This document shows, in pieces, positions 1 through 11,140 of a DNA stretch of 46,575 bases. The notes under the pieces are model-generated. The model was not told where the DNA came from. It saw only the letters and a program-made list of their open reading frames with translations, and did not search any database. Origin of the DNA: Vitrella brassicaformis CCMP3155 (taxonomy: Eukaryota > Protista > Chromerida); assembly GCA_001179505.1 (NCBI GenBank), contig CDMY01000591.1, positions 1-46,575 on the forward strand. The letters run 5' to 3'. How positions within the stretch are numbered: position 1 is the stretch's first letter; each line of letters begins with the position of its first letter. A program made the position numbers and the translations under genes.

Positions 1-955
1 TCGGGCGGGACAAACCGCTGGGCACGGCATTCGACAGGTGCGAAGAGCACACGCACGCGGCAAGGCACAAAACCTTCCACTTCTCTCTGTTCCCTGTAGG
101 AGTATGACCCTTTCGTGCATCTCGACTGCCCACTTCTCCAAGATCGTCGACTTCGTCGACTTCGCCCGAAGACAGCGCATCGCTCCCCGAGGGTCCCGCG
201 TGCGAGCGCCCACCGCCCCGCCCAGCAATCAGCACCAACTGCGACTCGACCTGCAGATGTACGGCCTGCAGACGGCGGACATCTACACGCCCCTCATGCT
301 GCCCCACGAGATGGAGGCCGTCATCGAGATGACCGGCAAACAGAACCCCAAGACCGAGCTGCTCTTCAAGTGAGGCGATGGCCACACAAGGCAGACAGAA
401 GGAGAGGAAACTGTGCACCTATGTGCTGTGGTGGTCGTCAGGTCGAGCCGTGACGGCAAGACGTATCCAACGATGCTCAGCAGCGTCAAGGGCAAGAGCG
501 GTCTGCTGGTAGCGATGCAAGACGGCCACACGCACCGCTTCGGCGCCTTCATCGACGGGGAGCTGACACCGCCAGACGACCCCACACAAAGCACCGGCCC
601 CTGTGACGTGTCGGTCTTCTTCTATGCACTCAGTGGGCCGTACAATGCGCCTACCAAGATCGACCTGCCGAAGGAGTACCAGCTGGTGGACGTGGCCGGC
701 ACACAGGGGGCGTTGAAGGACGACAACCATGTGCCGCGTGCGAATGTCTGGATCGCTGGCGGCTGTCTGTGGCTGGGAATCGCCCGGCCTGGTCCGGCGG
801 CCGACCTCAGCAGCTGCTGCCAGTGGATCGACAAAGAGCATTTGCCGGCGGGATATCGAGGCAGGATCAACTGGCAGGGCAGCGGCACATTGGCGCAGTC
901 CTGGGACTTCGAGTGCACTGAGATGGAGGTGTGGCAGCTGGGCCAGGATCGGTGA
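1..955 (+). CDS. BTB/POZ-like + TLDc-like family protein, paralog 1 (5' part lies outside the window)
   Basis: Exons 1-37, 100-369, 442-955 joined by GT-AG introns give ...GRDKPLGTAFDR|SMTL...KIVDFVDFARR...LQMYGL...EMTGKQNPKTELLFK|SSRDGKTYPTML...GKSGLLVAMQDGHTHRFGAFIDG...TEMEVWQ. The LLFKSSRDG...RFGAF...EMEVW pattern is TLDc-like and is shared with the copies at 2449-4360 and 8353-10371. Confidence 0.75.
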
Positions 956-1514
956 ATCGACCGACGGCACTCACATCGACAGCGGCAGAGGCAGGTGAGA
1001 CCCCGCTACACCAACACACCACCAGCAGAGAGGAGCGAACACACTGCTGGCCGTGTTGTTGTCCCTCTGTGTGTGTATGTGGGCTGCAGGCAGTTTGCGT
1101 AGAGAGTTGGAGGATTGCTGAAGCTTGATTGATGGCCGCTACTGGGCAGCTTCAGAGCACAACACAAAGTGGATGGCCGATCAGAGGTAGAGAGACAGAC
1201 AGAGGGTGGCGGCCGGCTGACAAGTGGGACTCTGCCGCTCTATTGATGCAATCAATCTTCATTCGTGTGTGCATCGTCTTGACACATACCGATCATACCG
1301 ATTACACGTACACACACAGAAAAATACTTGCAATACCCCCCCACACCCACACACGCTTCATGCATCTCTCGGCAGTCCGTCTACACCCTGGGCGCCCGAC
1401 TCACTGCCATCCTTCTCGCTCTCGGCTTGTCTTTCTAAGGCTAAACCAAAAGCGATCAACCAATGACCAGCCACCCGTCGACCACCCGATGTGCTAACTG
1501 TTCAGCTCCTTCTG

Positions 1515-2253
1515 TCATCCATCCACACCCTCAACACCCATCGCGTAGCCATCCCTGTACCCGGCAAGCCACCCTTCCACATATGCGTCGAACAGCGCCT
1601 CATCGGCTTTGGCAGCCTCCATGTTCTCCTCCTCCGTCTTGTCGCTGTCCTCGACGAATTCGTACCTCACCAGCCTGACGGATGGATGGATGGATGGATG
1701 GATGGAGGGAGGGAGGGATGGACAGGCAAACAAGTGACAGAGTGTCGCTGTGTGACTTACGTGAACTTGAACTCGTCGTCTCCTATGGGCTCGACAAGAA
1801 CGGAGGCCGACGGACTCAACGAAGATTGGCTGCTCGGGGGATACGACGCACACATGATACCGTAGGCTCATGCTGTGTGTGTGTGCCTCTAGCCACTCAC
1901 CACGGTTCGCGGGTCACCATCGGCTCCTGATGCTGCTGCTGCTGCTGCCCCTCACAAACACTGTCCTCCTTGCTGCATGAGAGATGCCATGCGCACATAA
2001 GATATGCAACACCCCAGACACACACCGCAGTGCCCTCTTACACGTCGTGCGGTCCCTCCTGGTTGCTGCGCTGCTGCTGCTGCTCCTCCTGCTGCTGCTC
2101 CTCTCGCCTGGCCTTCCTCCGTTTCTTGAGTTGAGCTCCGCTCGGCCTCTCCTTGCGCTTCTTGGCCTGGGGCTCCTCAGTGACAGCCGCCACCTCATCA
2201 GCTATCTCACCCTCCTCCATCGACGCTGGGATCTCCACCTCTGAGGTGGCCAT
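1515..2253 (-). CDS. Hypothetical 170-aa acidic/Gln-rich protein, 4 exons
   Basis: Exons 2253-2042, 1972-1901, 1829-1761, 1674-1515 with GT-AG junctions sum to 513 nt in one frame: MATSEVEIP...KKRKERP...EEQQQ...VKEDSVC...EPC|QSSLSP...DEFKFT|LVRYEF...GWLAGYRDGYAMGVEGVDG*. No family recognised. Confidence 0.55.
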
Positions 2254-2448
2254 CTCTGCTGACTGTGAGACCCGGCCGAGAGTGCGAACAGATCGATGGC
2301 TGGAAGAGTGAGTTCCCGTGGGGCCATCTCTGCAGGGCACGTGACTGGGCTCCGGGTTAGGACAGGTGTCTCGTCCAACCGTTAGTCGTCAACCGCACCT
2401 GACCGACCTGACGGGAATTTTCGGCCGCATTTGACAAAGCGCCCCGCG

Positions 2449-4360
2449 ATGTCGGCAGCCGCCGCCGCAGCAGCGTCCGGCAGCTCCAAAAAGCGCAAAG
2501 ACAACGACAGCAGGGCGGCTGATGACGAAGCGGTCGTGCCATCTCGCCTTCACGGTGTCACAACTGGTTCGGAGGACGCCGATGATCTGGTCAAACAAGC
2601 TGCGGGGGGTGTTGACGCCTTCCGCCAGATCACCAGGACCGCAGCGGCCAGCGCCGAGAAGGAAATCGAGGTAATCAGCTCGGAGATCAAGCAGCTCATC
2701 ACCGCCAACGGAGGCACCATCGAGCCGCAGCAGAAGGACGGCCGCATGCGGCTCAATGTGGGCGGCACGGTCTTTTCTATCCCGGTGAAACGGCTCCTCC
2801 TTCCGAAGATGAAGACGACGTACCTCTCGACGCTGCTGCTGCACTTCACTGACCAGCTGCCAAAGGACGCCAATCAGCTGCCCTTCCTCGAGATGCATCC
2901 GGCTTACTTCAAATGGCTGCGTGACCACCTGGCGCTGCTCGAGAGCCCCCATTTGGATGAGATCAGCCTGCACTCACCGGAGGCCGCCGATCCCTCTTAT
3001 GCCGAGTACCACAGGCTGTTCATGCGGACGCTGGGCGGTGCCATCGAGATTGGCATCGAGGAGCAGCCACAGGCGACCGGCACATCGGCTGCAGCAGCGG
3101 CATCGGCAGCTGGAGGGGGAGCCGAGGAGGCCAATGTCGAGATGGCCGATGCGGGCGGCGGTGCAGAGGGAGAGGGAGGTGGGAACGATAGCGTGGAGGA
3201 GGCCTTTCGGCAGATCGACGAGTGCATGAGCAGCTATCGTCGTGTGCTGGAGGCGCTGCGGGCCAAGAAGCGCCACATAGAGGCCTTCCTGACGGCGATG
3301 CGGCCGTTCGTCAAGGGGAACAGCAGCGATGAGGACATCGAGCTGATGACGCTGACGGTCTTCGACGACAAGGTGTCGGTTCTCCGCCGCACCATAGCGC
3401 CCCTCGGGCCAACTCATGCACTCGTCAAGCGTTTTGATCCGTGAGCGGGGAGGGAGATGCTCTCTGTTGGGTGTGTCTACGTGTGTGGTGTTTTGTTCTT
3501 CAGGACTCAGTGGCCCGACCAGGAGGCCCACCAAGCTTCCCTCAGATTCCTGCAACTCATCGTCGACTTTGCCCGCCGTTTGTATGTCATGCCGGCCAAC
3601 CGGTTCGTCCATCCGCCAGTGGTGGCGCCGCACGAGAAGGCCATCTTCGGTGTCGAGTTGGGAAGTACGGCCTCAGTTCGATCCCGCCGGTGCCGGCGGA
3701 CAGCACGATCATCCAGACGGCCGACGAGTGGCTGGCGGTGATGAGGATGACGGACAAGAGGATCGCCGTGGCGCCGTCGCTGCCGTACAAGTGAGCGCAG
3801 ACAGAGATGCCGGGCACACAGACATCGTTGTTGTGTGTCGTGATCAGGTCGAGTCGTGACACGTTTGGGTATCCGTCCTTCCTCGACAACGTGGCCGGCA
3901 AGAGCGGCCTCCTGTTCGCCCTCCGAGATGGGGACACACACCGATTCGGCTGCTTCATCGACGGCCAGATCACACCCCCAGCCGACCCCACAGAGACCAA
4001 CACCTACAAGGCTCCCGTCTTCTTCTTTCCGCTCTCGGGTGCTTACAATTGGCCGACCAAGATCGAGCTGCCCAAAGAGGCGCAGGAGGTGGAGGTGGCC
4101 GGCACAGAGGGGGCGTGACGAACATAGACGGCGAGCCACGTGCGAATGTGCGCATGCGTCGCGCTCCTGCTGGAGTCCTTTGGCTGGGGTATGCCAGGCC
4201 TGGCCCAGCGGCGGACCTCAGCAGCTGCCAGCAGTGGATCAAGAGGCAGCACCTGTCTGACGGCTACAATGGGGTGATCAACTCGAATGACAACGGCACG
4301 CTGGCGCAGGACATCAACTTCACGTGCACTGAGATGGAGGTGTGGCAGGTGCGTGAGTGA
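2449..4360 (+). pseudogene. BTB/POZ-like x2 + TLDc-like protein, paralog 2, with two apparent -1 frameshifts (pseudogene or assembly error)
   Basis: Exons 2449-3440, 3504-~3790, 3848-4360. MRLNVGGTVF is a KCTD-type BTB start. The paralog-conserved reading switches frame at ~3663 (VELG/KYGL) and ~4114 (GTEGA/VTNIDGEPRANV; compare GTQGAVKDYEGQPCANV in paralog 3). Confidence 0.7.
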
Positions 4361-4943
4361 GTGAGAGGCAGAGAGGCACTGGCGGCCGTTGCCAACACCG
4401 TGCTGCATGTGGTGTGTGCAGCTGGTGAGCGGCTGATCCTATCTATCGTCTAGCAGCAGACAGGTGAGAAAGAGAGAAGGCAGCTCGCCTCTCCTGGCAT
4501 GGCACTCCATCTCTCTCTCTCTCTCTCTGTCTTTCCATTGCTGCAGCCCGTCCCTTCCGTCCGTTGTACAGCTGAGGCCGGGACGGCCCCGCAGTTAGCT
4601 ACCTACTGACGCAGATAGACCCTTCGAGCAAGACCCACAACAACAACTGCTGCTCCATGGGTCCATGGATGGATGGATGGCTGTGTGGATGTCGTGTGCG
4701 TGCCATTCATGCCATGCGCTCAATCAGTGCCTTTCCATCGGCCCATTCACCACCATCTCATCTGTCTGTCTGTCTGTCTGTGCGCCTTCAACACACACCC
4801 CACATCGATGTGATCACACACACCAGATGTGTACTGTAGGTGTCCTTTCAAACACACGCCTCATCCACACCCACACGCACACAGCAAGCAAGGCTTCATT
4901 CCCAAACCACGCACACAGCCAGGCCACGCAATCGGCCGTCTGT

Positions 4944-6136
4944 CTATTGAACCAGTTTGCCGTTGGGCAGCTCCAGCGGGGGTCTGATTCGCTTCGGCTG
5001 CCTATAGTGGTTGTCCCAGTCGTTGACCCGCGCCTCCTCACCGAACTCATCCCACAGCTTGCCCACCTCCAGGCCCTTCTGCTTGGCGTAACCAGGCTGA
5101 CACACAGACACACAGGCACAGAGGGAAAGGATGAGTGAGGCTCTCTCTGCGAGTGATGTGGTGGGTGTTGTGTTGTGTGTGGTGCGCACCGATGTTTGCA
5201 CGACCCATCTTGGTTCGGCGGCATCGCCGACTCGTTCGTCTTTCCTGAGGCGGCTGGGGCCGGCCTCGTTGTTGTAGGGCATCACGTCAGTCTGTACGGG
5301 CCGTCAACACACATATATACACACACAATCAGCTGCTGCATCCCTCGATGTATGCGTGTGTCATGTGTGTTTCCGTCGACTGACTGACCTTGATTTCCAT
5401 GACGGTCCCGTCAGACTTGACGTAGATGACGTCCTGCAGCACAACACACACACAAAGACAGTCATCCCATCTGATCACGCGTGTGTGTTTGTGTGTGTGT
5501 GTGGCGTGTGTGTGTTCTCCATAGCATCGCGTACGCAGGTGAGGTCCTCATCGCTCGGCGCCTTCTCGGGCCTCTCCTTTCTCATCTGCTCGACGATAGG
5601 CATGATGGACCCGGGCGGCAGAGGGTTGCCCCAGTACTCGTCGACGTACTCGATGTTCTTGACCTCGAAGTACTTGTTCCGCGCCGCATAGACCTCCTCC
5701 ATGTCCACCGGCTTGGTCTTGTGCTCGTTGGCCTCCTCAGCAGTGATGCGGAACCCAACCGGCCGGCCGCGGATCCGAAAGTTGCGCTTGAAAGACGGCT
5801 GCATGACGTCACACACAAGACATAGACGCAGACACACAGAGAACAGGCGTGTTTGTGCTTGCTGCATAGGTGTGTGGTGTGCTGTGCATTGGTTACGTTG
5901 ACAGATGGTCTGAGGGGCAGCTTCTTGTCGAAGCCAAAGTACCGGGGGTTGGGGACGACCACCTCCCGCTCTTCTGCTGTCGCTGGCCCATCTGCGGCCA
6001 TCGACAGCTGCGACCGAGATGGCCTCGAGGGCATGAGAGCTGGGAGAGCCGCAGGCAGTGTGAAGGCGGCAGTGGGTGAGGGGAACTGCGGAAGGATAAG
6101 AAGCACCGTCATGGGCAGCAGTGCAGCCAGCCACAT
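4944..6136 (-). CDS. Probable plastid-targeted protein of unknown function (signal peptide + transit peptide), ~5 exons
   Basis: Exons ~6136-5897, 5798-~5535, 5433-5389, ~5290-5195, ~5095-4944. N-terminus MWLAALLPMTVLLILPQFPSPTAA-FTLPAALPALMPSRPSRSQLSMAA is hydrophobic, then AA|F, then Ser/Arg/Pro-rich, as in bipartite presequences of complex red-derived plastids. Confidence 0.6.
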
Positions 6137-6301
6137 GCTGCCGAAAGGCGAAAGCAGCAGTTCGGCAGGAGGGGAGATCTTCAGCTTCTAAGCTCGCGTG
6201 GATGATCGCCGGAGTTTTCGAGATCAAATGAGGGCGTAATCAGCTGCTGTAGTGTACCTTGACCCATCGAGGGCTGAAATCCATCAACTTGTCCTTCCTC
6301 A

Positions 6302-7177
6302 ATGCTTTTCAGGAGGCCACACAGCCGAGTGCCGCCAATGCCTGAGCTCAAGATGCCTCCATCGCACCAGGACCAGCAGCAGCGGCCAGCAGTGCACGGA
6401 AAGGCAGGCAATGGCTCCATCAGCGGACCGCGCAACTCCCTCTTCCCGGCAGATGCGATTGCTGACATCAGCCCATCGTCGTTCGGCAACCTGAACCACA
6501 GCAACAACGAGGCGACGACGACGGCCAGCCCTCGTCACGCTGACGCTGCAATGGGCGCTGAGCTCTTCTTCCTCGACACAGAAGCGACTGACAACAACTA
6601 CGAAAAGGAGAGAGAGGTGCCGTGGTGGGAGCGTCGCGACGCGCGGGATGGTGTGATCTACGACGATCAGTGGTCGCGTGAGGAGGAGAGTGCGCTGCGC
6701 GAGGAGCTGTGGAGCGTCAACAAGTGGGAGGGGGGGATGCGGGAGGGAAACCGCTATTGGGGGGAGAGCAGCAGCAGCAAGGGCGGCCAGAAGAAGATGG
6801 AGGTGGTCCGGCAGTATGCCCGGCTGGCGGGGGCATTCTGCGTCTACTGCGGAGGGCTGCATGACGACAGCAGATGGTGAGAGGAGAAGGACAGCACAGC
6901 TGGGTGAACGAACAATGGGGGGGGGGCTTCACTTGTCGGGCATCGATCTGTATGTGTGTCAGTGGTAAGAGATGGCGCCGTTGCGGTGCGTGTTATGGGC
7001 CTGCGCATCCCTCTCCTGAGGAGTGTCCGCTGCACCGAGGAGGCGCCTTCTGCCGTCGCTGCAACAGCACCACACATGGCACACACTGCCCCCTCATAGT
7101 CACATACGACCCGCCACTCGACACACAATCTGCCGGTGAGATGATTGGATGGATGCGTGGACACTTGTTCATGCTGA

Positions 7178-7214
<37 letters not shown>

Positions 7215-7768
7215 TGTGTCCAGATGGTGACTCCCCGCTGCACGCCGACTTAACCTGCCTCGTGTGTGGCGCCAAGGGCCACATCGTCTGCGGCAACACC
7301 ACCACCACCGCCACCGCCACAGCCAGCAGCAGGGACAGGGACAGCAGACGCCAGCTGGTGTGGTGCTGCTCGTGTGGAGATGACGGCCACACGAGCGCCG
7401 AGTGCTCCCACACCATGACATACGAGGAATCTGTCCGTGAGAGAGAGCGGCGCGAGAGGGAGAGGCGCGACAACTACAGACAGAGACCAGCATACAACGA
7501 TGACTACGACCGCCCCTGGCACCGCCCGAGACGCCGCTGGCGTGACGATGAGAGCGTCAGTGAGGATGATGACTCTCAAGACGACCATCGCTATCGCAGC
7601 CGCGGCAAGAGAAGCCGGCGGGAGAGCATATGGATGGAGGATGGGTGGGATGGCCGAGAGCAGCAGTGGTGGCGGCACTCACGCAGCAGCAGGTGGGGGT
7701 CGTCACGGAGAAGGAGCCGCAGCAGAAGCCGCAATCGCAGCCGGCGGCGATTCGATATGGGATACTAG
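6302..7768 (+). CDS. Multi-CCHC zinc-knuckle protein, AIR1/AIR2/ZCCHC7-like, with Arg/Ser-rich tail
   Basis: Exons 6302-6876, 6963-7135, 7224-7768 give CVYCGGLHDDSRC, CGACYGPAHPSPEEC, CRRCNSTTHGTHC, CLVCGAKGHIVC and CCSCGDDGHTSAEC, then RSRSRSRNRS. Five knuckles in this arrangement resemble TRAMP Air proteins; orthology is inference. Confidence 0.6.
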
Positions 7769-8352
7769 ATGTTTGTCTGTGTGGGTGTGTGGGTGCTTGT
7801 ACAGCTGTGATGCATGGATGTGTAATATTAAAAAAAAATTAAAAAAAAATTGATGCATGGATGGAGGCAAGCGCGAGGGAGATATCTATGTAGCGGATTG
7901 AGAGCGTTTTGCTGCTTTGATGGATGGACAGACAACGGGTGACTTCGCGCACGGCACATCACATGCATACTAGAAAACATGCATGGCAAGCAACATTTCT
8001 CGGTCGACCAACACAACCGCGCTCACGAATGAATGAATGAATGCGTGCATGTTGTACATATCTATCTACCTATGCATCGATCGATCGATAGTGTTGTGTG
8101 TCTTCACATGGACTACCTGCCCTGCACACAGACAACAGACAGCACAGGTGTCGTGTCGTTTCGGCTTATCTCTCTCTCATTAATCATGGCAACGATGGTG
8201 AGCTCTGTACCTTAGGTACCTGCTGCAAGTGAGTATTGACGCTTTCTTACCGCCTCAGCCGCTTTGCACCTGCGCGCACACATCAAATCAGCACAGACGG
8301 AGAGGAGGTGTGTCCCCATCCATTCCATATGTCCGCTCCTCCATCCCCTGCC

Positions 8353-10371
8353 TTACTCACTCACCTGCCACACCTCCATCTCAGTGCACGTGAAGATCAT
8401 CTTCCGCGCCAGTGTGCCATCGCCGTCTTGATCCCTCTCGCCAGTGTACGTCGCCGGCAGGTCGTCCCGCTCGATGTACAGCTCGCAGCTGCTGAGGTCG
8501 GCCGCAGGACCGCGGTCACCGTACCCCAACCACAGGTTGCCGCCAGCGATGCACACATTCGCACACGGCTGGCCCTCGTAGTCCTTCACCGCCCCCTGTG
8601 TCCCGGCGACCGTCACCTTCTGGTCCGCCTCGGGCAGCTCGATTTTGGTGGGCTTAGTGAAGGCGCCGCTGAGTGAGTAGAGGAAGAGGGGCACCTCGTA
8701 GCTCTCGGTCTCTATGGGATCGTCTGGCGGGATGAGTGGGCCGTCGATAAAGGCCCCGAATCGGTGTGTTTCGCCGTCGCGGAGGGCGAACAGCAGGCCG
8801 CTCTTGCCCGCCACCTTGCTGAGGAAGGACGGATGCGCGAACGTGTCACGACTCGACCTAATTGACACACAACAACGATGTCTGTGTGCATCGTTCCCTC
8901 TCTGGCTGTTGCTGGCTCACTTGTAGAGGAGTGTGACTGTGGGTGAGTGTTTGCCGGTCATCTCAATGACTTTGCCCCACTCCTCGGCCGACTTGGCGAT
9001 GAACTCGTGGCCGTCGGCGGCCGGCAGATGGCAATACGGCTGGTACTTCAACCCATACATCTCCTGACACACATGAGAGCGACACAGCTGCTCCTTCCTT
9101 TGTGTGCCTCCCTCAATCTCTCTGTGTCACTTACGATGTCCTCCTTGACGAGCCGTTCGTCGCCCTCCTCGACAAGCGGGGGGCGGATGAGTTGACTGTG
9201 CGGCATGCAGGCGATGCGTCGGGCGAATTCGACTGTCGTCACGAAGTGCTCTGATGGGGTCTGGTCGACATCGTGACCACCCAAATGCTGAGGCATCCTT
9301 AACAGGCAAACAGAGCGTTGTGTACGTTTAGAATGGTGTGTGGTCCCGGTGTCTGACTTACGTCGAGAATCGTGTCAGCAGAGGGTGATTGTGACCCAGG
9401 CGCTTGAGCGTCTTCCGCATGATCAACACCTTCCGGCCCATGACCGTCAGGGTGAGAATGCTGTCCGCCTCGCTATCGCCACTGGACAGGAACGGCGCCA
9501 TGGCCGTCAGGAACTGCCGGAGCTCATCCCTCTGCCACACCAGCGCCTTGTACGCCTTGGCGTAGGCGCGCATGCGCCGCTCGTAGGCACGCACTGAGTC
9601 CTGGATGGCCTTCTCGGCTGCATCACCCCCACCCTCTTCCCCCTGGCCGTCGACCTCCATCGGTGCGGCGGCTGCTGCTGCTGTTGTTGCTGCTGCTGCT
9701 GCTGCAGGGAGCGGGGTCGGAGTCGCGTAGCAGTCGATCTCGCGCATGAAGAGGGCGTGGTAGTCGGCGTAAAGTGGGTCGGCCGCCTTTGACGGCGGCA
9801 GCTCGATGGCCATGGTGCGGCCGGTGTCGATGAGGGTCATCTTGTCCAGGAGGAAGGAGAAGTATGCCGATGACGTCTCGAGGTAGATGTGGCCGTCGGG
9901 GTCCTTGGGCAGGCCGCCCGCGTGGTGCATCAGCAGCACTGAGATGTATCGCCGCTTCATGTACGGCCGCAGCAGCGCTGTGCGCTTGACTGGGAACACC
10001 TGACCGCCTAAGTACAACGACACGGAGAAAATGAGAGAGATTGGCGGACAGACACACACACATATCCTCTGCCTGTTGCGTCTCACCAGCATTGACCCTG
10101 ATGACCCCATCTTTCTTAGCCACGTCCCACACGCCGCCCTTCTCAGCCACCAGGGTCCGAATCTCCTCGGCCACGGCCTTGACATCCTCCTTGCTGTCAC
10201 GGATGGCGCTCGCTGTGTGCTCATGCAAGGCGTCCAGGCTGTTGCTGCAGCGGGAGATGATGCCGTCCACACTGGCGGAAACCGTCAGCACATCGGACGC
10301 CGATGCTCCCGCCGCTGCCGCTGCTGCCGCGAACGGCGGCGGCCCTAGTCGGCCCTCCTCTTCTTACTCAT
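8353..10371 (-). CDS. BTB/POZ-like x2 + TLDc-like protein, paralog 3, 5 exons, N-terminus unresolved
   Basis: Exons ~10371-10087, 10007-9362, 9297-9135, 9063-8921, 8857-8353 (GT-AG) give IRVNAG|GQVFPVKR...EFARR...EDI|EMYGL...VTLLYK|SSRDTFAHPSF...RFGAFIDG...TEMEVWQVSE*. The ATG at 10371 (MSKKRRAD*) is not in frame with the body. Confidence 0.7.
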
Positions 10372-10725
10372 TCCTCCATCCATCTCGCTCCTCCATCTGC
10401 AGGCAGCGGTTTCAGGGAGCACCCTAGGCGGCCTGGCGGCCAAGTCCCCTGTCGGTCTGTCCAACATGAAAACACGCACCCGAACATGCAACCCGGACAC
10501 GCAACACGCAGCACGCAGAGGGCAGATGCAGCAAACGGGAGGATATGCAATGCGCTGCGAACGACGGCAACATACAGTGTTGCAGGGGGCCTGAAATAAG
10601 GCCGTAGAGTACATCGGATCTGCTGCGCATAGATGATGCTTCGCTGGAAAAGGGAGGGAGGCCTCCTCTGTTGTTAGCCAGCATCGTGTCCCTGGCCAAG
10701 GAAAATGACTGGCCGGCCAGGCTAT

Positions 10726-10788
10726 CATTCCCATGGCTATGATGACCATTCCCATGGGTATGGTGACCATTCCCATGGGTATGGTCAG
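10726..10788 (+). repeat. Three-copy 21-bp tandem repeat CATTCCCATGG(C/G)TATG(A/G)T(GAC/CAG)
   Basis: Units at 10726, 10747 and 10768, read directly. One frame encodes HSHGYDD-HSHGYGD-HSHGYGQ. Confidence 0.85.
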
Positions 10789-10840
10789 GTCGTCATTTCT
10801 GCCCATTCTGCTTCATCTGGTTTCAACAAAAACATCGCTC

Positions 10841-11140
10841 NNNNNNNNNNNNNNNNNNNNNNNNNNNNNNNNNNNNNNNNNNNNNNNNNNNNNNNNNNNN
10901 NNNNNNNNNNNNNNNNNNNNNNNNNNNNNNNNNNNNNNNNNNNNNNNNNNNNNNNNNNNNNNNNNNNNNNNNNNNNNNNNNNNNNNNNNNNNNNNNNNNN
11001 NNNNNNNNNNNNNNNNNNNNNNNNNNNNNNNNNNNNNNNNNNNNNNNNNNNNNNNNNNNNNNNNNNNNNNNNNNNNNNNNNNNNNNNNNNNNNNNNNNNN
11101 NNNNNNNNNNNNNNNNNNNNNNNNNNNNNNNNNNNNNNNN
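10841..11140. other. Assembly gap (300 N)
   Basis: Run of N; the length is probably a placeholder. Confidence 0.99.

Noticed and set aside
7827-7852. A-rich tract TTAAAAAAAATTAAAAAAAATT after the zinc-knuckle gene
   Set aside because: It fits a 3' UTR or polyadenylation region between convergent genes; no TSD or element body indicates a retro-insertion.
10589-10599. GGCCTGAAATA also present near the telomere at ~46406
   Set aside because: An 11-bp match with no flanking similarity is expected by chance in 46 kb.
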